Numbered from the stretch's first letter, positions 1-10,500 are shown. The stretch is 64,000 nucleotides of DNA from an uncultured Staphylococcaceae bacterium (GCA_964416025.1 CAYQCJ010000001.1:41586-105585), one strand, 5' to 3'. Translations and numbers: made by a program. The notes: generated by a model from the letters alone, not told the origin.

Positions 1-235
1 TGTTGTTTTCGTTAATATAAATAAAGCGTCCGCTTATATCATTAGGAATATTATTATATCTATATCTTGTGATCCTTCTAAGTTTGGCATCTTTATAAAA
101 AGAATAGCCTCCGCAGGTATTAGAAATAAGACTAAAAAAATCTTTATTACCTAAATAATTTATCCAAGGCAATGGGGTTTTTGGTGTTTCAATAACATAT
201 TCTTTGTTTACATCATCAAAATGTCCGAATTTCAT
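1..235 (-). CDS. Cellobiose phosphorylase (GH94), N-terminal part only; the gene continues beyond the window start
   Basis: The reverse-complement translation from the ATG at 235..233 reads [78 protein letters not shown]. This is the characteristic N-terminus of GH94 cellobiose/chitobiose phosphorylases. The frame stays open to position 1. Not in the ORF track because it is partial. Confidence 0.75.
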   Translation of the reverse strand, partial: MKFGHFDDVNKEYVIETPKTPLPWINYLGNKDFFSLISNTCGGYSFYKDAKLRRITRYRYNNIPNDISGRFIYINENN

Positions 236-458
236 AGTTTTTACCTCAATTATTACGTAATAAATGACTGATTTTGTCAATTTTCATTACTTAAACGATT
301 TCGTATCATCGATTATGATTGTAAAGTTTTTCAAATAAAAAATCAACAAAATACTTCAAAAATAATTTTTTAAAAATTTAAAAAGTAGGAATATGTCGAT
401 ATATTCGTATGTTTCTAGCACAAAAATTAATTTACGAAATTATTTTCGTGAATTTTGT

Positions 459-487
459 TTGACAACTAAATCACCCCAACATATAAT
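459..487 (+). promoter_or_regulatory. Sigma-A type promoter for the LacI-family regulator gene: TTGACA, 17-nt spacer, TATAAT
   Basis: TTGACA at 459-464, an exactly 17-nt spacer, then TATAAT at 482-487. This lies about 55 nt upstream of the ATG at 544. A GGAGG ribosome-binding site is at 530-534. Confidence 0.5.
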
Positions 488-505
488 GAATTACGAAAAC
501 GATTA

Positions 506-519
506 CGAAAGCGCTTACA
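506..519 (+). promoter_or_regulatory. cre-like / LacI-family operator, cGAAAGCGCTTaCA, in the 5' leader of the LacI gene
   Basis: Matches the CcpA cre / generic LacI-family palindrome TGAAAGCGCTTTCA at 12 of 14 positions. It sits between the predicted -10 and the ribosome-binding site. TTACGAAA half-site-like repeats flank it at 432-439, 491-498 and 503-510. The palindrome ACGAAA-TTAT-TTTCGT is at 434-449. Confidence 0.45.
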
Positions 520-543
520 AGAAAACAATGGAGGTTTCAATTT

Positions 544-1557
544 ATGATTAAAGTAAAGGATATTGCTAAGAAATGTAATGTATCTATTGCTACAGTTTCG
601 AAAGCTTTAAGCAATTCAAGCGAATTAAAACCAGAGACTATTGAACGTATTTGTAAAACAGCAAAAGAAATGGGGTATGTCCCAAATGCTAGCGCCCGTA
701 TGTTAAAGAATAAGAAATCTTATACTATTGGCGTTCTATTTGTTGATGCTACAGGTACTGGATTAAAACACGAATTCTTCTCATCAATATTTGATTCCAT
801 TAAATTAGCTGCTGAGAAAAAAGGCTATGATCTAACATTTATTTCTGATTCAAGTTTTGGAGCACAAAAAATGAGCTACCTTGATCATGTTAGGTATAGA
901 AATATAGATGGAGTCGTTATTGCTAGTGCTAATTTCAAAAGTCAAGAAATTATCGATTTAGTTAATAGTGATATTCCAACTGTAACCATTGATTATGTTT
1001 TCAATGATTCGACAGCGGTTTTATCAGATAATGCTGATGGGCTTGGAACTTTAGTTAATTATGCCGCTAATATGGGGCATAAAAATATAGCCTTTATCCA
1101 CGGCGAAGTGACTGAAGTAACTAATAAACGTATCGCTGGTTTTTATAAAGCGATGCAAGATAACAAATTAACAGTTAATGAAAATTGGGTTAAAACTGGT
1201 GATTATCATGATCCAAAAACCAGCGGAAAACTTACAAAAGAATTGTTAGAAGATAGATTTAATATTCCTGATTGCATCATTTATCCAGATGATGTTTCCT
1301 TAATTGGCGGCATGACAGCTATCGAACAGATGGGATATAAAATTCCACAAGATATTAGTGTCATAGGTTACGATGGTGTCAATATTTCTCGAATTTTAAG
1401 ACCAGTAGTTACAACTTATGTCCAAGCAAGCGAAGATATGGGACGTATTGCTTGTGAAAAATTAATTGATCGAATTGAAAAGGAATCGACCTTTATTCCT
1501 GAAGTTATTAAAGTAGAAGGTCACTTACAAGAAGGAAACACTGTAAGTAAAAAATAG
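544..1557 (+). CDS. LacI-family transcriptional regulator
   Basis: N-terminal helix-turn-helix MIKVKDIAKKCNVSIATVSKALSN, followed by a periplasmic-binding-protein-like sugar-binding core. Divergent from the GH94 phosphorylase gene. Confidence 0.9.
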   Translation: MIKVKDIAKKCNVSIATVSKALSNSSELKPETIERICKTAKEMGYVPNASARMLKNKKSYTIGVLFVDATGTGLKHEFFSSIFDSIKLAAEKKGYDLTFISDSSFGAQKMSYLDHVRYRNIDGVVIASANFKSQEIIDLVNSDIPTVTIDYVFNDSTAVLSDNADGLGTLVNYAANMGHKNIAFIHGEVTEVTNKRIAGFYKAMQDNKLTVNENWVKTGDYHDPKTSGKLTKELLEDRFNIPDCIIYPDDVSLIGGMTAIEQMGYKIPQDISVIGYDGVNISRILRPVVTTYVQASEDMGRIACEKLIDRIEKESTFIPEVIKVEGHLQEGNTVSKK

Positions 1558-1619
1558 GTTATAAATGCGTTCAGCATTGTAATAAACATAATAAGAAAAA
1601 CTTAATTCGGAGGGAAATT

Positions 1620-2951
1620 ATGAAAAAAACGTTTAAGTTAGTCGCTGTTGCTGCTGTTTCTTGTTGTATCCTTGGTGCTGTTTCGAGTTGCGGAGAAGCT
1701 GCTCAACACATCGTCAACGTTCGTGTTTGGAATGACGAATTCCAAAAGAGATTTAGAGCTTACTCTACAGATTATGTAAAAACTCTTGATAATGGCGATG
1801 AACTTCTTAAGGATAATGTTATCTTAAGATGGAATGTTACCGCTAATGATGGTGGAGCTTATCAACAAGCTCTTGATGAAGTTTTAGCTAAAAACGCCAG
1901 CGCTTCAGCTGACGACAAAGTAGATTTATTCTTATTCGAAGCTGATGCCGCCAAAAAATACGCTACATCTAACTATACTCTTGATGTTAAAAGCGATCTT
2001 GGAATGACAGATTCTGAGTTTGAAGATCAATATAAATACACTCAAGATGTTGTAACTGATAGTGAAGGAGCTTTACGTGGAACTAGCTGGCAAGCTACTC
2101 CAGGGTTGTTTGCTTTTAGAACCGATATTGCTGATGAAGTTTTAGGAACACACGATCCAGTCGCAATTCAAGCCAAACTTTCTACTTGGGAAGGATTTAA
2201 TACGGTCGCTGCTCAAATGAAAGAAAAAGGTTATTTCATGCTTTCTGGTTACGATGATTCTTATAGAGTTTTCTCTAATAACGTTTCAAGTAAATGGGTT
2301 GGAGATGACGGAAAAGTTAATCTTGATCCATCTATTAAGTCATGGGTTGATCAAACTAAAGATTACACCACAAAAGGTTACAATCATAAGACAGTTTTAT
2401 GGGATAAAACATGGACTGCTGATCAAGGACCAGATAGTAAAGTCTTTGGATTCTTCTATTCAACATGGGGTATTAACTTTACACTTGCTGGAAATGCTAC
2501 AAAAGCAATGTACGGCAAATGGAGAGTTTGTGAAGGTCCAGCTTCATGGTATTGGGGCGGTACATGGTTAGGTGCTGCTAAAGATACTGATGATCAAATG
2601 TTAGTTAAACAAATCATGAGAGATTTAACTACAAATAAAGACCAACTTGTTCAATGTACAAAAGATACTGAAGATTATACAAATACTGTTTCTGGAATGC
2701 ATAGTCTTGCAACTGATAGTTCATTTGGTTCCGAATTCTTAGGTGGACAAAACCACATCGCATTATTCGAAAATAGTGCTAAAGATATCGAATTAAAGTA
2801 CATCAGTGCTTACGATCAAGGATGCAATGAAAAATTCCAAGAATCAATGCATGATTACTTCGCTGGAACAGCAACTTATGATGCTGCAATCTCATCATTC
2901 AAGACCAAGATTCAAACTTATTATCCTGATATTAAAGGATTTAACTTCTAG
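1620..2951 (+). CDS. Sugar ABC transporter substrate-binding lipoprotein
   Basis: Signal peptide plus lipobox (LGAVSSCG). About 440 aa extracellular solute-binding protein. Directly upstream of two MalF/MalG-type permease genes. Confidence 0.7.
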   Translation: MKKTFKLVAVAAVSCCILGAVSSCGEAAQHIVNVRVWNDEFQKRFRAYSTDYVKTLDNGDELLKDNVILRWNVTANDGGAYQQALDEVLAKNASASADDKVDLFLFEADAAKKYATSNYTLDVKSDLGMTDSEFEDQYKYTQDVVTDSEGALRGTSWQATPGLFAFRTDIADEVLGTHDPVAIQAKLSTWEGFNTVAAQMKEKGYFMLSGYDDSYRVFSNNVSSKWVGDDGKVNLDPSIKSWVDQTKDYTTKGYNHKTVLWDKTWTADQGPDSKVFGFFYSTWGINFTLAGNATKAMYGKWRVCEGPASWYWGGTWLGAAKDTDDQMLVKQIMRDLTTNKDQLVQCTKDTEDYTNTVSGMHSLATDSSFGSEFLGGQNHIALFENSAKDIELKYISAYDQGCNEKFQESMHDYFAGTATYDAAISSFKTKIQTYYPDIKGFNF

Positions 2952-2975
2952 TTCTAGACTAAATTAGTTAATTAT

Positions 2976-3002
2976 CTCTGCCCCAAAAATTTTGGGGCAG
3001 AG
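2976..3002 (+). other. Perfect 10-bp hairpin (CTCTGCCCCA / TGGGGCAGAG) between the substrate-binding-protein and permease genes
   Basis: Inverted repeat read directly. It lies 25 nt after the substrate-binding-protein stop and before the permease ribosome-binding site (GAGGAG at 3012-3017). No U-tract follows. This is the typical intra-operon attenuator or stabiliser seen in ABC importer operons. Confidence 0.5.
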
Positions 3003-3021
3003 GTTGATTGTGAGGAGTAAT

Positions 3022-4080
3022 ATGGAAAAAGGAAACGAAGAAATAATTGTTTTATCTCAGAGAAAAAAACATTTTAAAATCAATAATTGGGCATATATAT
3101 TTATTGTTCCTTTTTTCATATCATTCATATTTTTTCAACTCATTCCATTGTGCCAAACCATTTATTATTCATTTACTGAATATTATTATGGTCAAATGAC
3201 TGGAACAGTTGGACCAAACTGGAATAATTTTCAAAACTTCATTTCGATATTAAATCCATCAGCCGTTGGCTATGGAGGTTTTTGGAAATATTTAGGTAAT
3301 ACGCTTATTTTATGGATTTGTGGAGCTCTTCCTCAATTCATAATCGCTTTAGTGTTAGCTGTTTGGTTTACTGATAATAGACTTAAGATTAAAGGAAGTA
3401 GATTCTTTAAAACAGTGATTTACATGCCAAATTTAATGATGGCAAGCGCACTTGGATATTTATTTATGGTTATGGTTTTGCCATCTGGACCTTTATTTGA
3501 TTTGTTCTTAAATCTTGGCCGGATTAATGAAACATTTAGATTTTTAGAAGATGAAGTATGGGTTAGAATCCTTATTGTCTTAATGAATTTCTTAATGTGG
3601 TTTGGTAATACAACATTACAATTAATGTCTGGTATTATGGGAATTAGTGATGATGTTTTTGAATCAGCTAGACTTGATGGAGCTGGTGCTATGAGAACAT
3701 TTAGATCAGTTACTTTCCCATTATTAAAACCAATATTTGTTTATGTCTTTATCACTTCTTTAATTGGTGGAATCCAGCTCTTCGATACAGCTTATTTCTT
3801 AACTTCGAGAGGTGGAGGTCCTAACGGAACAAGTTATACTCTCATGATGTATCTTTACGAAATGATACCTAATAAGAATTATGGTATGGCTGGTGCATTA
3901 AGTGTTATTTTATTTATCATTACTGGTGTTTTGTCGATTATTGTTTTCAGAACAATCACTCCACACAATGATGCAATGAAAGATGAAAAGAAGACAAAAG
4001 CGAAGCGTAAAATCTGGCTTAGATGTAGTAATAATTATGGGGAGACATTAGGTTATGAATCAAAATTTATCGATAAGTAG
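3022..4080 (+). CDS. Carbohydrate ABC transporter permease (MalF/UgpA-like)
   Basis: Multi-transmembrane protein with a binding-protein-dependent transport signature. The likely true start is the ATG at 3022 (MEKGNEE), preceded by GAGGAG. The ORF-track start at 2992 lies inside the hairpin. Confidence 0.85.
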   Translation: MEKGNEEIIVLSQRKKHFKINNWAYIFIVPFFISFIFFQLIPLCQTIYYSFTEYYYGQMTGTVGPNWNNFQNFISILNPSAVGYGGFWKYLGNTLILWICGALPQFIIALVLAVWFTDNRLKIKGSRFFKTVIYMPNLMMASALGYLFMVMVLPSGPLFDLFLNLGRINETFRFLEDEVWVRILIVLMNFLMWFGNTTLQLMSGIMGISDDVFESARLDGAGAMRTFRSVTFPLLKPIFVYVFITSLIGGIQLFDTAYFLTSRGGGPNGTSYTLMMYLYEMIPNKNYGMAGALSVILFIITGVLSIIVFRTITPHNDAMKDEKKTKAKRKIWLRCSNNYGETLGYESKFIDK

Positions 4081-4945
4081 TATTGGATCAAAACATCGTA
4101 GTGCTAAGGTTTCGCTAGGGATTTACAGGGGTTTTGTATATTTCTTTCTCATCGTTTTAGTAATTTTATGTTTATTTCCTATTTATATCATCTTAATTAA
4201 TTGCACTCATACTAATGCTGAGATTCAAGGCGGATTTAATATTTGGTTTGGCACTAATTTAATTACAAATATTACCAATTTATTTAATAATCATAACCTT
4301 CCTGTTATGAGAGCTTTCTTTAATTCTCTATTTGTTTCATTAGCTTGTGCAGTTTTAACCGTTTATTTTAGCGCTTTAACAGCTTATGCAATTCATACTT
4401 ACGAATTTAAAGGCAAAAGAATAGTCAATGCTTTCATTATTGCTATTATGATGATTCCTACACAAATATCAGCAATCGGTTTGTTTATTCTTTGTTTGCA
4501 ATTACACATGACTGAATCGTTCATTCCACTTATTTTACCTTCAATTGCTTCACCTATTACCTATTTCTATATGAAACAATATTGCGATTCGGTGCTTCCT
4601 TACGAAGTTATTGAAGCTAGTAGAGTTGATGGTGCTAGTGAAATCAGAATCTTTCATCAAATTGTTTTACCAATGTTAAAACCAGCAATTGCCTTACAAT
4701 TTATCTTTGCTTATGTTTCAAGTTGGAACAATTACTTCATACCCGCCTTGTTAAACTCTGCAAGTGGAGAACACGCTACTTTACCATTATTAATTAGAGC
4801 TTTGTCTAATTCTTCTCCTGAATCATTTGATATGGGACCTGTTTATTGTTTGATGGCTGTTGCAATATTTCCACTAGTAATTATTTTTATTATCTTTTCA
4901 AAGAGTATAATAAAAGGACTAACAAGTGGAGCTGTCAAAGGTTAA
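4055..4945 (+). CDS. Carbohydrate ABC transporter permease (MalG/UgpE-like)
   Basis: Six-transmembrane permease containing an EAA-like loop (EASRVDGAS). Overlaps the upstream permease by 26 nt. Confidence 0.85.
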   Translation: MNQNLSISSIGSKHRSAKVSLGIYRGFVYFFLIVLVILCLFPIYIILINCTHTNAEIQGGFNIWFGTNLITNITNLFNNHNLPVMRAFFNSLFVSLACAVLTVYFSALTAYAIHTYEFKGKRIVNAFIIAIMMIPTQISAIGLFILCLQLHMTESFIPLILPSIASPITYFYMKQYCDSVLPYEVIEASRVDGASEIRIFHQIVLPMLKPAIALQFIFAYVSSWNNYFIPALLNSASGEHATLPLLIRALSNSSPESFDMGPVYCLMAVAIFPLVIIFIIFSKSIIKGLTSGAVKG

Positions 4946-4962
4946 AATAATGGGTATTTGCA

Positions 4963-7878
4963 ATGGATTTTGAAGATTTAACTACAAGAGAAAGCGTCGT
5001 AAGTGCTTTCTTTTTGTCTAAAGATCTATTTAAAGACGTCTTTATAACTGATGCTTGTTATCTTTCTAATGATAAAAATATTATTGCTTTAGCATATAAA
5101 CAAATAAGACTTCCTTTGCTAAATGAATTATTAAACAATTTCGAAGTAAGGAATTTTTTCCTTTCCTTACCTCCTGCTTCCTATTTATTAGATTATAGAA
5201 ATAAGTATTTAAAGTTAGTCGATAATCACGGAAAAATCACTTTAATATCAAAAGAACTTGATCTTTTACTTAGAAGTTTATTAAAGAATTTTTTAAGTTA
5301 TGGTGGATATTTAAATTCTAAAAATGAATTGTTGTTGGATTTAAAAGGCAAGAAAATTGGACCTCATTATGGGGTTAATTTACTGATTGGAAATCGAATG
5401 AATTTTCAAAATCCCTTGCTAACCACCCCTAAATCAGTAGTTGATGAGTTTGGTGGCGGCTCTTTTAGAGGAGATGCAAATTATCAAGTTTTAGCTACAA
5501 GATGGGATATTTTACCCGAAGAAAATGGCAACCCTTTTAATCGTCAGTTTTACATTGTTGAAAAAGGGAACATCATTTTTTATAGTGGATCAATTAATGA
5601 AAAAATTGTTAAAGCCTCCACAAAACATTGTGAAAATAGAACTGAAATTGTATATAAAACAAAAGATTTAATTGTTAAGAGATTTATTTTCATTTTGCCA
5701 CAAAAGAAAGGTCTTCCAAGTGCGGTTGAAACACAAATTATTGTTATTGAAAACCTTACTAGCAAAGAAAGAGAGTTAGAAGTTGTTTTGACCGGTATGT
5801 TCGGTTTATCAAATCCTGAATGTGCGATGGTTGATATAATTTACCAAACGGTTATAAATCAAACTAAAGTATTGATGAGCGAAAATAATAAGATTATTGC
5901 TATAATGCAAGACTATTATCCAAAATATTTTAGAGATCATCAAAGATTTGCAATTCTTAAAAATGACGAGGGATTTGCTGAAGAATTTACAAATAATTGC
6001 CCCGCTTTTCTTAATGGCGGAACCATAGATAATCCTAAAGGAATTAATAAATTAGATTGTAAAGCAAAGATGCATGGAGCGAATTTTTTTGCTTTGAAAA
6101 AATATATTCATCTTAAACCAAAAGGCAGTGACACATTAATGAATTTTGTTGGTTGCACTCATTCTGAAGACATCGATAACATCCAAACAATATCTGATAA
6201 CGAAATTTATAATTTGCTTAAAAATTATAAAAATGATGAAGAAATTTTCGCTGAATTATCTACTTTAAAGAGAAATATGAATAGATATAATTCATTTATT
6301 AATCTTGATAGTACCGATAGATTATTTTCAAGCTATGTAAACAATACCCTTCCATTCCAAGTTTTATATCAAACTTTTGTTTCTCGTTCTTTTTCTCAAA
6401 CTCAAAAAGGTTATAGAGAGATTGGCTTTAGAGAAATTCAAGATTTATATGCCTCAATGTATTACTTAATTAATTTTAAAGGCAGAAAGTTTGTTATAAA
6501 TCTTTTAAGTAAATGGATTGAAAATGTCTACGAATTTGGCTATGCAAACCATAATTTTTATTATGTTGGCAAAGAGCCGGGAATGTGTAGTGATGATGCC
6601 TTGTGGTTAATTGAAGCTATTTATAGATATATTAGTTACACAAATGACTATTCAATTCTTCATAAGAGCTTTAAAGTTGCTGGAAGTAACAAACGCAGAA
6701 AGCTTAAAGATACGATTAAAGCAGTAATTTTATATAGTGGATCGGTAAGTATTGGGAAACACAAATTACCTTTATTGGATTCGGCTGATTGGAATGATTG
6801 CCTTAAAGTTGATCCAGATTTTTTAATGGGTCCTGAAAAAGAAAAACAATATAAAAAACAAATAAGAAATGATAAATCTGGTAAGGTTGTTCCTTTTGTT
6901 TCTAATTATAGTGAATCAGTAATGAATGCTTTTCTTTTGATTAGAGATATTCAATACATGATTGATGTATTTAGTAAAAATGATAAAGATTACACTGATA
7001 ATTTAAAATTGTTATTAGAAGAAAAAACCAAATCAGTTCAACAATACGCTTATAAGAATGATTACTTTACTAGAGTATTAATTAATAGAAATAATAAGAA
7101 CAATATTTCTTATATAGGCAGTAGAGGAGACGGATTATCGACCGATAAAAATGTTGATGGTTCATATTATTTAAATTCATTTTCGTGGAGTTTATTAAGT
7201 GGTGTTGCAAGTGATAATCAAGTGCTATCAATGCTTAATATTGTTGAAAAAGTCCTGCAAACCCCCGCTGGTTTTAAATTATGTTCGAATTCTGACTTAT
7301 CAATTGCTGGCTCAAAACAATCTGCAACTGACCATTATTTTCCAGGAGATAGAGAGAACGGTGGTGTCTTTAAACATGCTGCAATGATGTGTGTTGTAGG
7401 TATGTTAAAAAGAGCAAAAGCAACTAAAAATAATGTTTTAAAAGATAGGTTATTTACTGATGCTTTCTTTATGATTAATTTAACTTTGCCTTATAAAACA
7501 ATTAACAATCCTTATGTCTTTAAAGGTAACCCTAGATTTTGTACACAATATAATAATTCAGTTACAATGGAAAATATTGGACCAATTTTAAGCGGAACTG
7601 CTACGTGGTTAACATTAGCAATCTATGAAATCATTGGTATTAGTTTAGAATTTAATAAAATCACTATATCGCCATCTCTTCCTAAAGAAATTGATCACCT
7701 TGAAGCTAAAATTAAATTGGAGACTTGTACTTTAAATTTAAGAATCAAAAAACATATTGGTGAGTTCTGTGATTATTCAAAAATGACGATTAAGGTTGAT
7801 GGTAAAGATATAGATACTAATGTTATTGATTGTTTCGAAGATAAAAAAGATCATAGCATTTTAGTTAGTTTTTTATAA
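4963..7878 (+). CDS. GH94-clan glycoside phosphorylase (cellodextrin/beta-glucan phosphorylase-like), 971 aa
   Basis: About 970 aa. A DSADWNDCL motif resembles the GDWND catalytic region of GH94/GH149/GH161 phosphorylases. Co-located with the cellobiose phosphorylase, LacI gene and sugar importer. The family assignment is tentative. Confidence 0.5.
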   Translation: MDFEDLTTRESVVSAFFLSKDLFKDVFITDACYLSNDKNIIALAYKQIRLPLLNELLNNFEVRNFFLSLPPASYLLDYRNKYLKLVDNHGKITLISKELDLLLRSLLKNFLSYGGYLNSKNELLLDLKGKKIGPHYGVNLLIGNRMNFQNPLLTTPKSVVDEFGGGSFRGDANYQVLATRWDILPEENGNPFNRQFYIVEKGNIIFYSGSINEKIVKASTKHCENRTEIVYKTKDLIVKRFIFILPQKKGLPSAVETQIIVIENLTSKERELEVVLTGMFGLSNPECAMVDIIYQTVINQTKVLMSENNKIIAIMQDYYPKYFRDHQRFAILKNDEGFAEEFTNNCPAFLNGGTIDNPKGINKLDCKAKMHGANFFALKKYIHLKPKGSDTLMNFVGCTHSEDIDNIQTISDNEIYNLLKNYKNDEEIFAELSTLKRNMNRYNSFINLDSTDRLFSSYVNNTLPFQVLYQTFVSRSFSQTQKGYREIGFREIQDLYASMYYLINFKGRKFVINLLSKWIENVYEFGYANHNFYYVGKEPGMCSDDALWLIEAIYRYISYTNDYSILHKSFKVAGSNKRRKLKDTIKAVILYSGSVSIGKHKLPLLDSADWNDCLKVDPDFLMGPEKEKQYKKQIRNDKSGKVVPFVSNYSESVMNAFLLIRDIQYMIDVFSKNDKDYTDNLKLLLEEKTKSVQQYAYKNDYFTRVLINRNNKNNISYIGSRGDGLSTDKNVDGSYYLNSFSWSLLSGVASDNQVLSMLNIVEKVLQTPAGFKLCSNSDLSIAGSKQSATDHYFPGDRENGGVFKHAAMMCVVGMLKRAKATKNNVLKDRLFTDAFFMINLTLPYKTINNPYVFKGNPRFCTQYNNSVTMENIGPILSGTATWLTLAIYEIIGISLEFNKITISPSLPKEIDHLEAKIKLETCTLNLRIKKHIGEFCDYSKMTIKVDGKDIDTNVIDCFEDKKDHSILVSFL
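5407..5424 (-). repeat. Copy H: degenerate antisense motif (GGTTAGCAAGGGATTTTG on the bottom strand) inside the GH94-like CDS
   Basis: Shares TTAGCAAGGGAT with copy A. Confidence 0.35.
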
Positions 7879-7919
7879 AATGTATTGAAAATAGCGATAT
7901 TTTAAGCAACATTATAAGT

Positions 7920-8714
7920 ATGAACAAATCAACATTAAGAAAATATTATTTAGCTTTTTGTAATTTATATGGAGCCATCAATTCTGAGAACGCTCTTTTA
8001 ATTATGAAGCAATACAAGGAAACTATTACGAAGGCTGAATTAGAAAAAGATCTCGAAGACAGATGGTTAAAAAATACAACTGGGTATGGTGTTGTTAAAA
8101 CAACACAAAGCGGATATATTATTGCTCTTCCTTTTTATTTTAATGGCCCACAATGTTCTAATTTACATAAATTATTTGCTAATCAAGAAGCAAAAATGCC
8201 TTATCTTCCCGAAAACAAAGAAGAATTTTTAAAATTTTCGGATTACGATTATATCGAACCTGATGTACATACAGATAAAATGAGAAAATTTTTAACGAGC
8301 ATTCTTAAGGATATTGGTGTGGTGGCAACTCAATTGTTTTGTATGTTTTCTAAACCAAATGAACCATTTTGGAAATTTAACGATGCAATGAATGAATTAT
8401 GCCCATATTTATTAAATGATCATTTACTAGAATTTTTAAAATATTATTTAGAATATACGAACAATATTAGAAGAGCTGATAATATTGGTTTTACTCCTCA
8501 TGAAATGTCTACTATGTCTTATGAATTTAACAATATATCTTTTGTAGACATTACATTTAACGAAGATTGTTTCGTTTATGCACGAAATAAGGGCATTAAA
8601 ATTGAACAAATAAAAACAGTTATTGAAAAAACCGATTTAGAAGAAGACACCAAAAAAGCTCTTATACAAAAGTTAGAATTAACTGATAAACGTGAAAAGC
8701 AATTTGTAGTTTAA
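7920..8714 (+). CDS. Hypothetical cytoplasmic protein
   Basis: 264-aa ORF with a normal start context. No recognisable motifs. Confidence 0.45.
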   Translation: MNKSTLRKYYLAFCNLYGAINSENALLIMKQYKETITKAELEKDLEDRWLKNTTGYGVVKTTQSGYIIALPFYFNGPQCSNLHKLFANQEAKMPYLPENKEEFLKFSDYDYIEPDVHTDKMRKFLTSILKDIGVVATQLFCMFSKPNEPFWKFNDAMNELCPYLLNDHLLEFLKYYLEYTNNIRRADNIGFTPHEMSTMSYEFNNISFVDITFNEDCFVYARNKGIKIEQIKTVIEKTDLEEDTKKALIQKLELTDKREKQFVV

Positions 8715-8793
8715 GTTAAGAATCAACGCTTAATTCGAATAAATATATAATTAGAATATCATAAAATGATATTATTTTATCGAGGTAAAAATC

Positions 8794-10436
8794 ATGAAAA
8801 AGAAATCTTGGTTTGTATTGTCGATAACTTTAATGTCGTTAACTTTGGTTGGATGTGGAAATAATAATACCCCAATTGAAGAACATTTATTAGATAAAGA
8901 TCTTGCTATTTTATATACCAATGATGTTCATTGCCAAGTTGGTGATGATGAAAAAATGGGATATTCAGAATTATCCAAATGTAAAAAAGATTTAGAAGCT
9001 GACGGTAACTATGTTGCGGTCGTTGATTCAGGAGACGCTATTCAGGGTGCTCCAATCGGTACGCTTTCTAAAGGATTATATATTGCTGATATTATGGAAG
9101 AAGTTGGATATGATGTCGCTATTCCTGGTAATCATGAATTTGATTATGGAATGGAGAACTTCATAACTTTATCCAAAAACACCTCTTATCCATATATAAG
9201 CTGCAATTTTATGGATTTAAAAACTAATAAAACAGTTTTAGACCCTTATGTTATTAAACAATACGATGATGTAAAAGTAGCTTTTGTAGGAATTTCAACA
9301 CCAAAACTATTACATCTTCGTCTCCAAAATATTTCCAAGATGCTGATGGTAATTTTATATATGGTTTTTCTCAAGATAGTGAAACCGAATTCTATTCAAC
9401 TGTTCAAGATTCAGTAGATGCTGCAATTAATGAAGGTGCAAATTATGTTGTTGCTTTGTCACATTTAGGAATTGGTGGAGATAACGAAAGTTTCTTAAGT
9501 ACTGATTTAATTAAAAACACTAATGGAATCAATGTTGTTTTAGATGGACATTCTCATAGTGTCATTGAGTGTGATAGAGTCAAAAATAAAGATGGTATGA
9601 AGGTTTTATTGTCATCTACTGGAACACAATTTGAGTCTTTTGGTTTACTTTATATAACTAAAGAAGGAAACATTTCGACTGGATTAATTAAAGACTATGC
9701 AACTAAAGACGAAACAGTTTCTACCTATATCGCTTCAATTCAAGCTCAATACGCAGAAAAACTTAAACAAAAGATTGGTCATACCAATTATGACTTAACT
9801 ATATTAGATCCAACTACTAAAGAGAGAATTGTGCGTAAAAAAGAAACTAATTTAGGTGATTTATGTGCTGATGCTTTTAAGAAAGCAACTGGTGCTGATA
9901 TTGCAATTCTTAATAGTGGAGGCATTAGAACTAGTATTCCTAGTGGAGATATTACATATGGTGATGTGATTAGTGTTATGCCATTTAACAATAAAGTATG
10001 TGAAGTATCAGTAAGCGGACAAACAATTCTTGATGCTTTAGAGATGAGTGTGAGATTAACTCCTGGCGAATTTGGTGGATTCTTACAAGTATCTGGAATG
10101 ACTTTTGAATTAGATGCAAGCATTGCTACTCCAGTAACTGTTGATGGTAAAGGAATATTTGTTAGTTTAAGTGGTGAAAGAAGAGTTAAAAATGTAAAAG
10201 TAGGAACTGACACTTTAGATCCGACAAAGAATTATAATTTAGTAAGTACAAGCTATACTTTAAAATCGATGGGTGATGGTTACACAATGTTTAATGATTC
10301 AACCATTATCTTTGATGAAGATGTTTTAGATAACCAAGTTTTAATTGATTATATTCAAAACGATATGGAAGGCGAAGTAAGTGAGATTTATCAAAATCCA
10401 TATGGTCAAAGTAGAATAGTTGATGTAACTAAATAA
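8794..10436 (+). pseudogene. Bifunctional 5'-nucleotidase / UDP-sugar hydrolase lipoprotein, interrupted by a -1 frameshift in an A-run near 9303-9306
   Basis: ORF 8794-9417 carries the lipobox LTLVGCGN and the metallophosphatase motifs DLAILYTNDVHCQ and GNHEFDYG. ORF 9456-10436 is the 5'-nucleotidase C-terminal domain. The alternative frame across 9300-9460 reads ...TPKTITSSSPKYFQDADGNFIYGFSQDSETEFYSTVQDSVDAAINEGANYVVALSHLGIGGDNES. This is the conserved linker, and it is only in frame if CAAAAC were CAAAAAC. Confidence 0.7.
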
Positions 10437-10479
10437 GATCATTTAATTTAACGAATTAGACAATTTTTATAAAAATAAT

Positions 10480-10500
10480 GGGGATTAGCAAGGGATATTG
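10480..10500 (+). repeat. Copy A of the 21-nt motif family (GGGGATTAGCAAGGGATATTG)
   Basis: Located 44 nt downstream of the 5'-nucleotidase stop, at the left edge of the helicase island. Confidence 0.6.

Noticed and set aside
2254-2571. 105-aa + strand ORF nested in the substrate-binding-protein gene
   Set aside because: It lies in another frame of a clearly genuine lipoprotein gene. It has no ribosome-binding site and a Leu/Ile-rich, low-complexity translation typical of AT-rich off-frame ORFs.
9788-10213. 141-aa minus-strand ORF inside the 5'-nucleotidase C-terminal region
   Set aside because: Antisense to a conserved domain. No start context.
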